64,000 nucleotides of DNA from Carcharhinus amblyrhynchos (Eukaryota). Position 1 is the stretch's first letter. Each line of letters starts with the position of its first letter. The stretch spans positions 121,520,001 to 121,584,000 of the forward strand of contig OZ336870.1 in NCBI GenBank assembly GCA_965287045.1, given 5' to 3'. The translations under genes and the position numbers were made by a program. Positions 1-12,141 of the stretch are shown in pieces. The notes under the pieces are model-generated. The model searched no databases. It had not been told where the DNA came from and saw nothing but the letters and a program-made list of their open reading frames with translations.

Positions 1-3
1 CTC

Positions 4-140
4 AGCCGGAATCTTATCATTGTTCACACCAGCGGGATTTTCCCAACCCGCTGCAATGATCGGAGATTTGGGTGGGTGCCAAATTCTCCACCCTCACTGC
101 AGTGGGAGCATGGTATGAATGGCAGCAGAAGACCACGCCC
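4..140. mobile_element. ~137-bp MITE (family A), probably non-autonomous PIF/Harbinger
   Basis: Imperfect inverted termini AGCCGGAATCTT...AAGACCACGCCC, flanked by CTC on both sides (1-3, 141-143). Related copies at 12007-12141 and 55410-55550. Confidence 0.65.
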
Positions 141-277
141 CTCAACTTCGATTAAAGCCCATCTCCCTTGAAAAGAGCTCATGTGTAGAACAAATTGTAC
201 TTATTGTAGTATCTTCTAGATCAGGAGAACTAACCCACATAACAGAAGGCAATTTGGGATTTGGCTAACTGACTAAC

Positions 278-692
278 TGATTTGATTTGATTTATTATTG
301 TCACATGCATTGGTATACAATGAAAAGTATTGTTTCTTGCGAGCTATACAGACAAAGCATACTGTTCATAGAGAAAGGAACGAGGGAGTGCAGAATGTAG
401 CGTTACAGTTACAGCTAGGGTATAGAGAAAGGTCAACTTAATGCAAGGTAGGTCCACTCAAAAATCTGATTGCAGCAGGGAAGAAGCTGTTCTTGAGTCG
501 GATGGTACGTGCTCTCATTGCATCTTTTTCCCAATGGAAGAAGGTGGAAGAGAATATGTTCGGGATGCGTGAGGTTCTTGATTATGTTGGATGCTTTTCC
601 AAGGCTGCGGGATGTGTGAACAGAGTCAATGGATGGGAGGATGGTTTGCGTGATGGGCTGGGCTTCATTCACAGCCCTCTGTTGTTTCCTGC
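278..692 (-). mobile_element. Rex1/Babar-type LINE 3' fragment
   Basis: (GATTT)n tail on +. ORF 433-672 (AQPITQTILPSIDSVHTSRSLGKASNII..HPEHILFHLLPLGKR) matches the C-terminus of the RT copy at 6990-8120. Confidence 0.85.
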
Positions 693-1033
693 AGTGATAG
701 GGATTATATCTTCCCAGTGTTCAAAATAACTTCTTTGTATGAACTGTCCATGCCAAAGCAGGTGTCAGCCTGCAGTCTAGTTGATTAGCTAAAATGTTAT
801 GCATTTTATCAATTACTGTGTGATTCATTTCTCAAAGTCCATTGCTGAAAGGACTTTCAGCTGCAATATTCAGGATCATGATGTTAATATCTTCATACAA
901 GGCTCTGAACTTACCATTGAAAAGCTCTCTATTATCAGTCAGGAGTTCCACTTAAGTCTGATTCCTATCAATTTCTCTGTGATTTTCTCTGTAATAATCA
1001 CTTATCCTCACTAAGTATTATGTTGAAATATTA

Positions 1034-1165
1034 AGGGATGATTCTCCAGTCCCATCAGATGGCCTGTGGAAATCCCGATGCCCTGCTAAATGAGATTAAA
1101 TTGAGACAAACACACCGGTTTTCTTGCCAAAAACAATACTGTGCCATTTTTTGGTAAAAATCCCC
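1034..1165. mobile_element. Short MITE-like element with TTA flanks
   Basis: Termini AGGGATGATT...AAAATCCCC, with TTA at 1031-1033 and 1166-1168. TWA is the typical PIF/Harbinger TSD. Confidence 0.4.
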
Positions 1166-1761
1166 TTACTGTGTTAAGTCCTGAAAGTGATTTCTTTATA
1201 AATACCATTATAAATACATTATCAGTTTATTGATAAACTGCAGATTCTTTAATTGTCTGTTGAATGTGGATATCCACATATATCCTGAAACTTAGGAGGC
1301 AGAAAAACTGATCAATTTATTTATAACTTACTATTGATCAAGAATAACTAATTGCTCCTGTTTGTGAGTCTGGTTGAACCTCCATTTGGGATAGTGTTTT
1401 CTGAATACATGGTTGAATTATCAAATGAATTAGAGAGAAGGGGGCGCAGAGGGAGACTGATTGTTGCCAGGCAGCTGAACACCTTTGTGAAGGAACAGTG
1501 AAGCATGCCAAATTGATGAAAAATCACTGGGAGAAAAAGGTCCAAAATCAATTGCACAAAAGAAATACTCCTTGTTAATTATTATCACTGATACATTTCC
1601 AAATGCTGTTGCCATCTGAATTGAGCCTAACTGTGGGCTGATCTTCCACATCTTCTATTAGAGGCTCAGAGGCGCTCAGAGCTGGCTGAGACACGCAGCT
1701 TATAATTCAAAAAACCTTTGTCACTATTTTCTCCTGCTTGAGTAATAGTAAGGCTATGGCG

Positions 1762-1876
1762 CACTTCCTGACATATCTTCAGATCCTAGGCATAGCTTGC
1801 TGGAAGATCTCTGACCCACACTGCAACCTCAAATCTCAATTTAATCTCAAAAAGCTTTGCAAGACCGTCACGTGAC
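1762..1876. promoter_or_regulatory. Candidate regulatory motifs: ETS-type CACTTCCTG and palindromic E-box GTCACGTGAC
   Basis: CACTTCCTG at 1762-1770 and GTCACGTGAC at 1867-1876, in non-repeat sequence. Motif match only; function unproven. Confidence 0.25.
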
Positions 1877-2093
1877 AGGGGCAGTCATCTTTAATGATAG
1901 GTGGCAACAAGTTTAAGTAAAAATGTACAAATATGTATTTGATATGTTGATTAAGATAATAAGATACATCGACAAATGAAATCGTGATAGATGATTTTTT
2001 CATATGTTTTGTGGATTAGACGCGTGGCATATCACTGCCAGGTGATTTTCTATTTAACGAGAATTTAGATCACAATGATTTTAACTGTTTTAA

Positions 2094-2398
2094 AGTTTAT
2101 TTATTAATGTCACACATAGATTTACATTAACACTGTAATGGAGTTACTGTGAAAATCCCCTAGTCACCACACTCTTGCGCCTGTTTGGGTACACTGAGGG
2201 AGAATCTAGCATGGCCAATGCACCTAACCAGCATGTCTTTCAGACTGTGGGAGGAAACCGGAGCACCCAGAGGTAACCCATGCAAACACAGGGAGAACAT
2301 GCAAACTCCACACAGACAGTGATCCTAGCTGGAAAGCGAACCTGGGTCTCTGGCACTGTGAAGCAGCAGTGCTAACCACTGTGCCACTACGCTGCCCC
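2094..2398 (-). mobile_element. HE1/V-SINE-like tRNA-derived SINE with alternative 3' tail
   Basis: Head GGGGCAGCGTAGTGGCACAGTGGTTAGCACTGCTGC and central GTGTGGAGTTTGCATGTTCTCCC core. The tail ends GGGGATTTTCACAGTAACT...TAATAAATAAA rather than the CR1-type tail. Confidence 0.9.
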
Positions 2399-3962
2399 AG
2401 TTTAGCAACTGCTAAAGCAAGAGAGAAGTATTTTAGGTAATACGACAGCAAAACAGATTAGAACAAAATGTTAAATTTAGGACACGAATTCAACTCAGTC
2501 GGAAGGAATGGATGCAAGTCATTCTCTAAGGATTGTAAATATTTTACTGAAGTGAGCTCGGACTGGCTTATAAGAACTGAGGAGAAGTCAGGGTCAAGAA
2601 AAGGCCAGCTAGCCTGACAAAGCTTATCCCTTCATTACACAGACTCTCCCACTGCAACATCATGCTGTATTTTGAACTGCCACAATGTTTTTAGATCTGT
2701 ATATCCTGATGGGCATGAGGCGATTGTTCCTTTTCTTTTGGCATCAGGATCAAAGTTTCGCAAACATGGGCTTCCTGACTTCTCTCTGCACTGAACATCT
2801 CTGAATTCTGGGGTCAACCCCAATTCATTATTCAGAGAAGTACCCCCATCCTTCCCACCACAACAACCCCTCCCCCCTCCCGTCCATATCAGCTTCAATC
2901 CAAAAGCTGCCCAAAATGTAAACGTAGGAGGAATTTCCACACTTGCAGCCGTTAAAAATGAAGAATTATTCAATTCACTCACTTTCCAACCAGACAAAAA
3001 TAGGTTAGGATTCATTCAATAGTCTCCTGGCCAAACTCCTACCCACACAGTCAATGCCAGCACCACCTCTAATGCCAAACATTGGAACCTTTCCCCTCAA
3101 CCCTCCATCCACATAGTCAATGCTGACCTCTTCCTCCACCCTCCCCCACAAACCATCAGCATCTTTAGATTGCACATTTGTTCCCCTCCACCGCAAATAA
3201 ATCAATCCCCAACTTCCCCATGAGGCTCACACAGGGGTCTGCCCTTGGCACTGCCCCAGGAAACAGTTTGGCAATGCCAGGTTGGCACTGCCTGACCATG
3301 TGTCTCTCCCCCGGGGTGCTATATCACCTATATGTGCTTGGGGAGTGGGGGGTGGGGGGAAAGGGGTGTGCCCACACAGGTTCACATTTGGGTGAGCCTG
3401 TTGTGGACTGTGCCAATGTGACTTTACATAGGCACAGTTTGAAAACTTGGCAAGGGCTCAATATACAGTGATGAGGGTCTTCAATCATATGTGAATATGT
3501 TGAAATGGATTTAAATCAGGTTCATGCTCACAACGGGCATGAACTTTATTACGCTGCCGGTGAGGGGCAGCATAAATTGGAAATCACAATCATGCCGGCC
3601 AAATTTGTGACTTCTGGGTTTTATGGAATCTTGAGCCCTCATCACCAATCCCACAGACAGTGAGCTCAGGCTCAAGGTCAGCCCTTCGTTTACCTTCTAT
3701 CCTTTATATCAAAGCTTATCTTTACTGATATCAGCTATTTCAGTGCTCTTCTCCTAACTTTTACAATGTATATGTAACAGTTTTGACATACACTGACAAT
3801 TTTTTATTCATACATGGTAACATCTACAGCGGATAACCTCAGGCCAAGAGCTTATCAAGGTTAATTCCATGATCTTGCACTTCCAGAGTGTATAAGCTAA
3901 GAGAGTTGGAGTTACGTGGTTGCACGATTTCTACAACCCATTCTCCCAATTTTACAGGGCAG

Positions 3963-4828
3963 TGTCATGAAGCAGCTCACAACAGGCATAGCCAGTATTC
4001 AAAAGGGTTTACAACATTTCCCAGTAAGGAGATCAGCAAACAGAATCAGGTGTAAATAGCTATCATCAGGAAACAGTTTACCTAGCTGACTAAGGGATCG
4101 GGCAGATATACAGATGCTAATTTTGATTGTCAGAGAATATGAGAGATGCAGACAGCCTAAACACACAAAGGGAAAAATCACAGAGGAAACATGATATAAT
4201 TATCAGCAGCTGCAGAAGCAGGCAAGTTAGTTTAATGTTTCACAATCAGTCGCTTGTTTAATATCCAACAGCCAAGAAGGTCTTCTAACATTTAAGAGCT
4301 GGAGAGGCCAGTTTTACAGCTCAGAGCCTGAGAAGCCTGTTTAACATCTGAGAAGTTGTAGAGCCAAGATAGTGCAGGAACATTCACAATGGCAGTTTAA
4401 ATATCTTCACTGGACCAGGAATAGATCTCACCCAGACTTGACCATCCACCTTGTATCATGTGGTAACTATAAGCTGGATTTGACTTACAGATTTTTTAAG
4501 ATTTCGATGTTGTTTGGAAATAAAAAAGCCTTAAAGGGTTACAGATATACATACTTCAGAACAAGAGGTAATTACTATATAAATTGTGTTAGTAAGTCAT
4601 ATAATTAATTGCCTTAGAGTGTAACAGTGTGAATTTCAGTGTAAATTTATCTGTTCTTTAATTTAATAAATAGCCTTTAGTAATTGTTACATGACAACTG
4701 GGCTGGTTATCGTCACTGAGGGCTTCACGTGACTTCTCACACCCTTCCAAAACAAAACTATACATCACCACAAATTGGTGTTTCAAGTTGAAATGCCCTC
4801 ACAGATACCATCCGAGTGGTTCATGACA
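3963..4828 (+). mobile_element. Solo LTR (866 bp)
   Basis: Perfect 9-bp terminal inverted repeat TGTCATGAA...TTCATGACA. 5-bp TSD GGCAG/GGCGG with one mismatch. AATAAA near 4665. Confidence 0.8.
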
Positions 4829-6271
4829 GGCGGATAGCCATGGGCTCCAAAATTCCTGATATCCACTCTGGTTGTATAGAACACTGTGTGAGGAGCATTC
4901 AACTTTACCACACTGTGACTAAAAGTGAACCAACTGAGGTTGGAAATCTAACAACCCCTCTGATAAGGACCAGGCCACCATAGGATGAAAATGGATCCTA
5001 TCAGGAGCTGCAGGTTAGGATCTGAACAAAATACAATTCAATGATTTTATAATTAAAATCTACCTCCTTACAGTGGAAGCAGCCCATAATTATCTATGAC
5101 AGAGAAGGGAACTCTGATACCCTTTCTGCAGTCAGAACTATGTTCTGGCCTCATTAGCAGGTGGCAGAGAGGTACAGGCAGCCACCAATGTAGACCAGTA
5201 CTTACATCAGCAGGTAAAACCTAACTTGCCACAGATTTTAGAACCCAGTATTCTAAGTGTGGTCCTGTATATTGTAAAATCTTAATATAGAGAGTCATAG
5301 GATGTGCAATTATTCTGACCACAGCCTGCTGCTGCATGTGAGGGCCCACTGATAACACAACATCCTGCAATTCTTACCCATATTCTACTTGCCTAACTAT
5401 ATATGAATGAGTGTACAAAACTGCTATATGTAAATGCCAGCAAATTCTTTCCTCCCTAGATCAAAATGAATGTTCAGAAAAGAGAACAAGTTAACATTTT
5501 ATGCCACCTGTAATCTGAAGGCTGGGACTAACGCTCTGGTGCTATGAGTTCAAATCTCCCCAGCGGAATTTAAATTCAAAATTACATATCTGCGGATTAA
5601 CAAATTAAGCCCAGAGTTTCGCAATGACAGCGAGAGATAGCAAACATCCTGAAATGGCCAGAAATTCTAAGTCCAACATCAACCACTCAGCCAGCAAAAA
5701 ACTGTCAACACACTGTTAAAGGATACAAAGTGAGTTGGCATGGAAAGATTAAGATAATAATTTGGTGGGTGGGGACGATATGTTGACATGAATTAGCATT
5801 GAGTTGGCATGGAGGCCATTGGGATGTGGAGGAATAATGGGGCAACAGGGATTGGGTAGAGGAGTATGTGTTGACATGGGGGCATGAGATGCCAAGGGGT
5901 TGGGTATACTGGAATGGATGGCAGACATGTGACATGGGAACTGTGTGGGGAATGAAAGGTGCAGCCTGGAAGCTGTTTTTCATGTTTAAAATTTTAATTC
6001 AACACAGTGCCAAAGTACAAAAGCAGTTCTTCCCCACTGCCCACATCCACACCTGGCAAGATCTGCATTCATTACATTTGTGGCTGGCCTGACTTCCAGC
6101 TCACAACCCTCACCCATCAACCTCCATAACAGAAGGTTTTCCTGCATGAGGCCATTTTTAAAGATTGCATTCATGGAGCAGGGAATTCTGCCATCTCTGT
6201 GCATTCGACCCAGGAGAAAACATTTAGACCCTAATTTCAGCATGAAACTGCAGGATTGGTATTCAAAGCAT

Positions 6272-6399
6272 TGCCGGAATTCTACCACCCCACCTGCTAC
6301 AGGAGTCAGAGCAGGCAAGGGACAGAAAATAGGAAGACCCGTTGATCTTGGGTGGGATTTTCTGGTCTCGGGTTGAGCAAGGCTGTAAAATCTTGTCCC
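6272..6399. mobile_element. ~130-bp MITE (family B), Harbinger-like
   Basis: Termini TGCCGGAATTCT...TAAAATCTTGTCCC. Similar to 17758-17885, 51458-51583 and 61525-61666. Confidence 0.6.
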
Positions 6400-6424
6400 A
6401 CATCTGATTTGTGAATTTCCTTAC

Positions 6425-6670
6425 CTAGTATGGTCTACATGTAACTCCAGACTCACAGCAATGTGGTTGATGCTTAACTGTCCTCTGAAATGGCTTAGCA
6501 AGCCACTCAGCTGAATCCAACTGTTGCAGGAATAACAGCACTGTGGATGTACTGACAGCACATGGACTACAAAGGTTCAAGAAGGTCACTCTTGCCTTCT
6601 CAAGCGCAATTAAGGATGAACTTAAACAAATACTGGCCTTGCCTCTAATGCCACATTTCATAAGTGGATT
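6425..6670 (+). mobile_element. SINE fragment sharing its 3' tail with the CR1-like LINE at 23450-25930
   Basis: GACTCACAGCAATGTGGTTGATGCTTAACTG core, then GGTTCAAGAAGG..CTTCTCAAGCGCAATTAAGGATG tail, which is the reverse complement of the 23460-23515 region. Related decayed copy at about 61795-62090 (-). Confidence 0.6.
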
Positions 6671-6989
6671 AAGAAAAAATAGAACCCATTTGAAACAAAT
6701 CCAGCATAAATATTTAGACTGGAATCAGAAAAACATAATGATAAAATTCTTTCTTCAGTGTAAACCAAAACTAAACAATGATTTTACAAGTTTGATTGCC
6801 CTCTTGCAGTATATTTCATTGTGTTTTTTTGATTTTCCATCATTTCCATCTTGAACTCCTTTGTTCTATTTATTATTACCTCATAAGTGCTACCATGTTT
6901 TACTTACGGCATTATTATGGCTCAATGGGCCGAATGGCCTCCTTCTGTGCTATAGTGATTCTATGATTAATTATGATCAATTCCTATCT

Positions 6990-8120
6990 CTCAGACTGCA
7001 GTTTGCCTATCACCACAATAGGTACACAACAGAAGCCATCTTCCTGACCCTACATTCATCCCTGGAACACCTAGATAACAAAGATGCCTATGTCAGACTT
7101 CTATTCATAGACCAAACTCAGCCTTTAACATGAGACTCATTATTCCTATGAGACTCATCTCCAAACTTAGTGGTCAGAGGCACAGCTCTTCCTTCTGCAG
7201 TTGGATCCTAGATTTCCTAACCCACAGACGGCAGTCAGCAAGGAGAGGCAACAACACCTCCTCCACAATCTTCCTCCACACCAGGCCTCCACAAGGCTGT
7301 GTTCTCAGCCCCACTAACTCGATTTTCAAGTCTGCTGATGACACCACCGTTGTTGGTTGGATTTCAAACAATGACGAGCCACAGTACAGGAAAGAGATAG
7401 AGAATCTGGTGAACTGGTGTGATGATAATAATCTCTCCCTTAATGTCAACAAAACAAAGGAGGTAGTCACTGACTTCAGAAAGTGTAGTAGAGGACATGC
7501 CCCTGTCTACATCAATGGGGATGAAGTAGAAATGGTTGAAAACTTCAAGTTTTTAGGTGTCCAGAACACCAACAACCTGTCTTGTCCCTCCATTCCAACA
7601 GTATAGTTAAGAAAGCCCATCTACGCCTCTACTTTCTCAGGAGAGTAGGGAAATTTGGCATGCCCGCTACAACTCTCACCAACTTCTACAGATGCACCAT
7701 AGAAAACATTCTTTCTGGTTGTATTACAGTTTGGTATGACTGTTGCTCTGTCCAAGACTGCAAAAAACTACAAACAGCGAAGCCCAGGCCATCACTCAAA
7801 GCAGCCTTCAATCCAATGACTCTATCTACACTTCCTGCTGCCTTGGAAAAGCAGCCAGCATAATCGAGGACACCACAACTCTCTTCCACCTTTTTTCTTT
7901 ATTTAATCCCTTCCACAATCTTCCCTGCTGCCATCAGAATTTTAAATGGATTTATTTCGCATTAAGTCAATCTTCCTCTATATCCTAGCTATGGCTGTAA
8001 CACTACATTCTGCACTCTCTCCTTTCCTTCTCAATGTATGGTATATTTTGTCTGTATAGTGCTCGAGAAACAATACTTTTCACTGTATACCAATACATCT
8101 AACAATAATAAATCAAATCA
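6990..8120 (+). mobile_element. Rex1/Babar-type LINE, decayed RT plus 3' end
   Basis: RT motifs [46 protein letters not shown] and [11 protein letters not shown] spread across frameshifted ORFs (6861-7988). AATAAATCAAATCA tail. Confidence 0.93.
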
Positions 8121-8164
8121 GTGATTATGTTTAGAATTGCTTTATAATTTATATGAAAGTTTAA

Positions 8165-8933
8165 AGAACATAAGAACATATGAAATAGGAGCAGGAGTAG
8201 GCCAACTAGCCCTTCGAGCCTGCCCCGCCATTCAATAAGATCATGGCTGATCTGTCGTGGCTCAGTTCCACATTCCCGCCCTCTCCCCATAACCCTTAAT
8301 CCCCTCTCTCATCAAAAACCCATCAACCCGCGTCTTAAAAATATTCAGCGAGGCAGCCTCCACCACTTCAACAGGCAGAGAATTCCAGAGATTCACCACC
8401 CTTTGAGTGAAGAAGTTCCTCCTCAACTCTGTTCTAAACCGCCCCCCCTTTATCTTGAGGCTGTGCCCCCTAGTCCTACTATCCTTTCTGAGCGGGAAGA
8501 GTCTCTCCACCTCTATCCTATCCATCCCATTCATCATCTTATATGTCTCAATGAGATCTCCCCTCATTCTTCTAAACTCTAACGAGTACAAGCCTAATCC
8601 ATTCAGCCTCTCCTCATAGCTCAACCCCCTCAACTCCGGCATCAGCCTAGTAAACCTCCTCTGCACTCCCTCCAAGGCTAAAATATCCTTGCGTAAGTAC
8701 GGTGACCAAAACTGCACACAGCACTCCAGCTGCGGCCTCACCAATGCCCTATATAGCCGCAGCAAGACCTCCCTACTTTTATATTCAATCCCCCTCACGG
8801 TGAAGGCCAGCATCCCATTCGCCTTCCTGACCACCTGCTGCACCTGCAAGCTGGGTTTTTGCGACTCATGCACAAGGACCCCAAGGTCCCTCTGCACCGT
8901 CGCCTGCTGCAGTTTTTCTCCACGTAAGTAATA
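8165..8933 (-). mobile_element. Young 5'-truncated CR1 LINE (ORF2 C-terminus plus 3' UTR)
   Basis: Uninterrupted ORF to the stop at 8262 with CR1 motifs RDLGVLV, LYRALVRPQLE, YEERL..LGLYSLE.RR.RGDLIETYK, TRGHSLKI and FFTQRVVNLWNSLP. 3' stem-loop and (TTCTTATG)-type tail. CpGs retained. Confidence 0.96.
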
Positions 8934-10359
8934 AGTAAGGTGCATAACTATTTGGGTTTGCAAACCTCTGCAAACTAAGTTAGGATCCAAAATACTGCAA
9001 CACTTTCTGTATCCGTGGAGTGGTGAGATTCATTGAATTTGGGCATGACAAGTCAGTCAATACAGTGAAATACTGGGCTTAATCCTCTTTTACAGAAATA
9101 GATACCTATGAGATGTTATAGTTCAGTGTGTGACCTTTATGCTGTACATTCAAATGCCTTAAATGCCGATCTGTGTGTGCCCAGACCGATAACACCTGTA
9201 TTATTTCACTTGTCCGAACTCTGAATGCACAGGAAGCGGTGACATGCTAGAAGATTTACTAGTCCAATATAAAGCAGCTGCACTCCTTTCCATCAGGTTG
9301 AAGATTTTCTGGAGCAGTAGCCGCAAGAACACATGGAACATGATCCAAAGCAGTAAGAGCATGATGTCGAGTTACCAATGACAAACAAAAGCAGGTTAAC
9401 TTCAATTAACATTTAGTAGAAAAATTTTCTGCCTCAGAATGTAAACTATTAGCATACAACCATGAAGAAGAAGTTACTAAGATACAATTTAAAAATAAAA
9501 GAATTGAATTAATGGTTAAGTAGATAATGAAACCACGGAACATGGAAACATCATTCAGGAAATCCAGTGTAATTCTGCTGACTGATCCGATGAAATAGGC
9601 ATTGTTATATAATTTATTTAACGCCTGTGGCAACTGGGGTGTGAGTTGAACAACCACATATAAGATAACCTAGAGATAAAATGTTATAAAATTTCCCTCT
9701 GACCTCAATAGGCAATCAAGGAAAAAGCTCCACAATGTCTCTATGACATTATGACCTACATTATTCATATCTGAGCAACCACATTACACTTCTGACACTT
9801 GCATGTTGAGTGTTTATTTAAAAAAAAACAGTTTATGTGCAAGACAGAAGCAAGAGGGAAAAACTTCAAACTTTGTCAGGGCCATAACACTGAAGATAAC
9901 AGATTGGTCAGCCCTCATATGCCATGTTTGACATTCCTTTCTATTGATTTCACCAAGAAGAAAGATCAAGCAAGGTGTATCGGCTGGCCGATATGGTAAC
10001 ATTGCTTTTACGCCATTAAACTTCCAACCAGAGAATCACATCAAATTAAACAATCGCCATTGATTACTCATCCTGTAGAAGCTTCTCTTTCTGAATTATT
10101 TCAAATGAGCCTGACAATAATGTAGGGGTGGGATCTGAGCCAAGAGTGCAATAGTGAACGACTAACATTGTGAAATGCATGGGAATGTCCAATCTTAACC
10201 ACGAGATCTGGTTATCATTTTTCTTCCATGTTTCACATCTCCACTGCATAAGTTGGACCAAATGGCTTGTTTCTCTGCTGTTTGCCCTCAGTGAAATGAG
10301 CAGATGGATACATGACGCAATTTCATCTCAACTATTCAAAGATGTGACAACGTTGGGGA

Positions 10360-10730
10360 GAAAAGAACAACTTGCATTTATTTAGTTCCTTCCACAGTCA
10401 TCAGACACCCCAAATTGCCTTACAGCCCATGAAGTACCTTTGAGATGACTTGTAATGTGGAAAGCACAGTGGCCAATTTTCAGCAGATGTGACAATGACC
10501 AGATAAGCTATTTTGGTAATGTTAATTAATGTTAAATATTAGTCGGGACATGGCCCTGCACCCCTACTCTTCTTCCTGACAGAAAATCTGAATCCTTGGT
10601 TTGTCTCATCCAAAAGATAGTACTTCCAACATTCCGGCATTTGCTGAGTAACAGTGTGGAACATTAGGGTGAATTTTGAGTCAAGTGAGACATTCGAACT
10701 CACTGGCAAGTGTGATATTAACTGAACCAG
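10360..10730 (-). mobile_element. Old Deu-domain SINE (SacSINE1/AmnSINE-like) with L2-type tail
   Basis: Reverse-complement similarity to 54785-55045. CAACTTGCATTTA tail on +. Further tail fragments at about 12525-12640 and 12850-12930. Confidence 0.6.
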
Positions 10731-10784
10731 ATTTGAAGTGATGTGAATTAAGCTCTGTGAAGTGCAAGTGAAGAGATAGACTCA

Positions 10785-11015
10785 AGGAAGGGAAAGACTG
10801 CATCCAGATTCAGTGACACTTACCTGAGACTTGCTGTTAGAGCAGAAGGGCATGGAGGGAAGTTGTCATCCTGAACAATGGGGAGAGAATTAACAGCTTC
10901 CGCAAGAAAGAAAGTGAGATTGGAAGTGGACCGAAAGATTAGCAGCGGGAATGTGATCAAGATGACTTGGATACAATTCAGGAAACATTATAATGGCCTA
11001 ACCAAGAACAACATT
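10785..11015 (+). pseudogene. Decayed Harbinger Myb/SANT-like exon
   Basis: Translates across frameshifts to TASRFSDTYL...KKVRLEVDRKISSGNVIKMTWIQFRKHYNGLTK. This resembles the RFSD / W.EVA / RTW.QCRK..NDL pattern and the copy at 15074-15306. Confidence 0.6.
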
Positions 11016-11654
11016 GTTGGTTCACTGAAATCCTCACTCTGTCTTGTCAAACCTATTCACATCATCCTCAAATCCACTTAAGTTTCAGTAACGTCAGCCA
11101 TTTCCTTTCACTCTATTTCTACTCACTCTCTTGCTTCCCCCAACATATATCACTGCCACTCACCCCCTACCCTTATGTAACATGATACCATTTGCCTTAA
11201 GTCAATCCAGCCTATTTTCAGCACACATCCACCAATACACATGTGTTACGGGCAAATATGGGTTTTTCATGCGACTTGGCAAGAATAAAGTGTAAAATGC
11301 AAACTGGGCAGGGGGGAGAGTCCCAAACCTTCAGAGATGGGGAGACTAGGCTTTCATTGCTGCTTGCTGACACACGCCTCCTCAAAGACTAAGTCACCTT
11401 GTCTTGAATTCAGCACTGAGTGAAACATGGTCACCTTAACCATGTAGATGCTGAATCATCACCAGCTAGTGTCTTGTTCCCTTGGGATTTGTTTGTGGGT
11501 TTCCTCAAATGTGTCATTAGCTAGGTTTGAAGGACATCGCCTTTGTCATCATGCGGCTGCCCTTCAAGCTTGTTGGGCTGAGTTTGATTTCATTTAAGCA
11601 GATGAGGCTCAAGTGGTAGGGGATTGGTGGGGGGAGGGAGTGTAGTGGTGGTAG

Positions 11655-12000
11655 GTGGGACTGATTGAGGTATACAAAATTATGAGGGACATAGATAGAA
11701 AGGAACTTTCCATTTAGTAGACGGGTCAATAACCAGAGGGCATAGATTTAAGGTAAGGAGCAGGAGATTTGGAGGAAGAAAGGCCACCTCAGGATGGTGG
11801 AAATCTGGAATTCACTGCCTGGAAGGGTGGTAGAGACGGGAACCCTCACAACTTTTAAGAAGCATTTAAGTGTGCACTTGAATTATCATAGCATACAAGG
11901 CTATGGACAAAGTGCTGGAAAATGGGATTATAATAGATGGCTGCTTGATGGTTGGCATAGACATCAGATGGGCTGAAATGCCATGTCTGTGCTGTAAAGC
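11655..12000 (+). mobile_element. CR1 LINE 3' fragment
   Basis: GDLIEVYKIM-like start, TRGHRFK, and MVEIWNSLPGRVVE.GTLTTFKKHL (ORF 11794-11976). Confidence 0.85.
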
Positions 12001-12006
12001 TCTTGA

Positions 12007-12141
12007 GACCGAAATGTTACCACCATTCACCTGGCTGGGATTTTCCTATCCTGCTGCAGTGAACAGAGATTTGACTGGGCGCAAAATTCTTTGACCTTGC
12101 TGCAGCGGGAGAGTGGCATGAATGCTGGTAAGATCACGCCC
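12007..12141. mobile_element. MITE family A copy
   Basis: Aligns by eye with 4-140 (GGGATTTTCC..GCTGCAGTGAAC.GAGATTTG..GGTAAGATCACGCCC). Confidence 0.65.

Noticed and set aside
2635-3015. 126-aa minus-strand ORF
   Set aside because: There is no recognisable domain or convincing splice signal, and it partly overlaps MITE-like and low-complexity sequence.
8262-8990. 242-aa ORF as a host gene
   Set aside because: It is CR1 ORF2 C-terminus. The first ~19 residues are read-through from flanking DNA.
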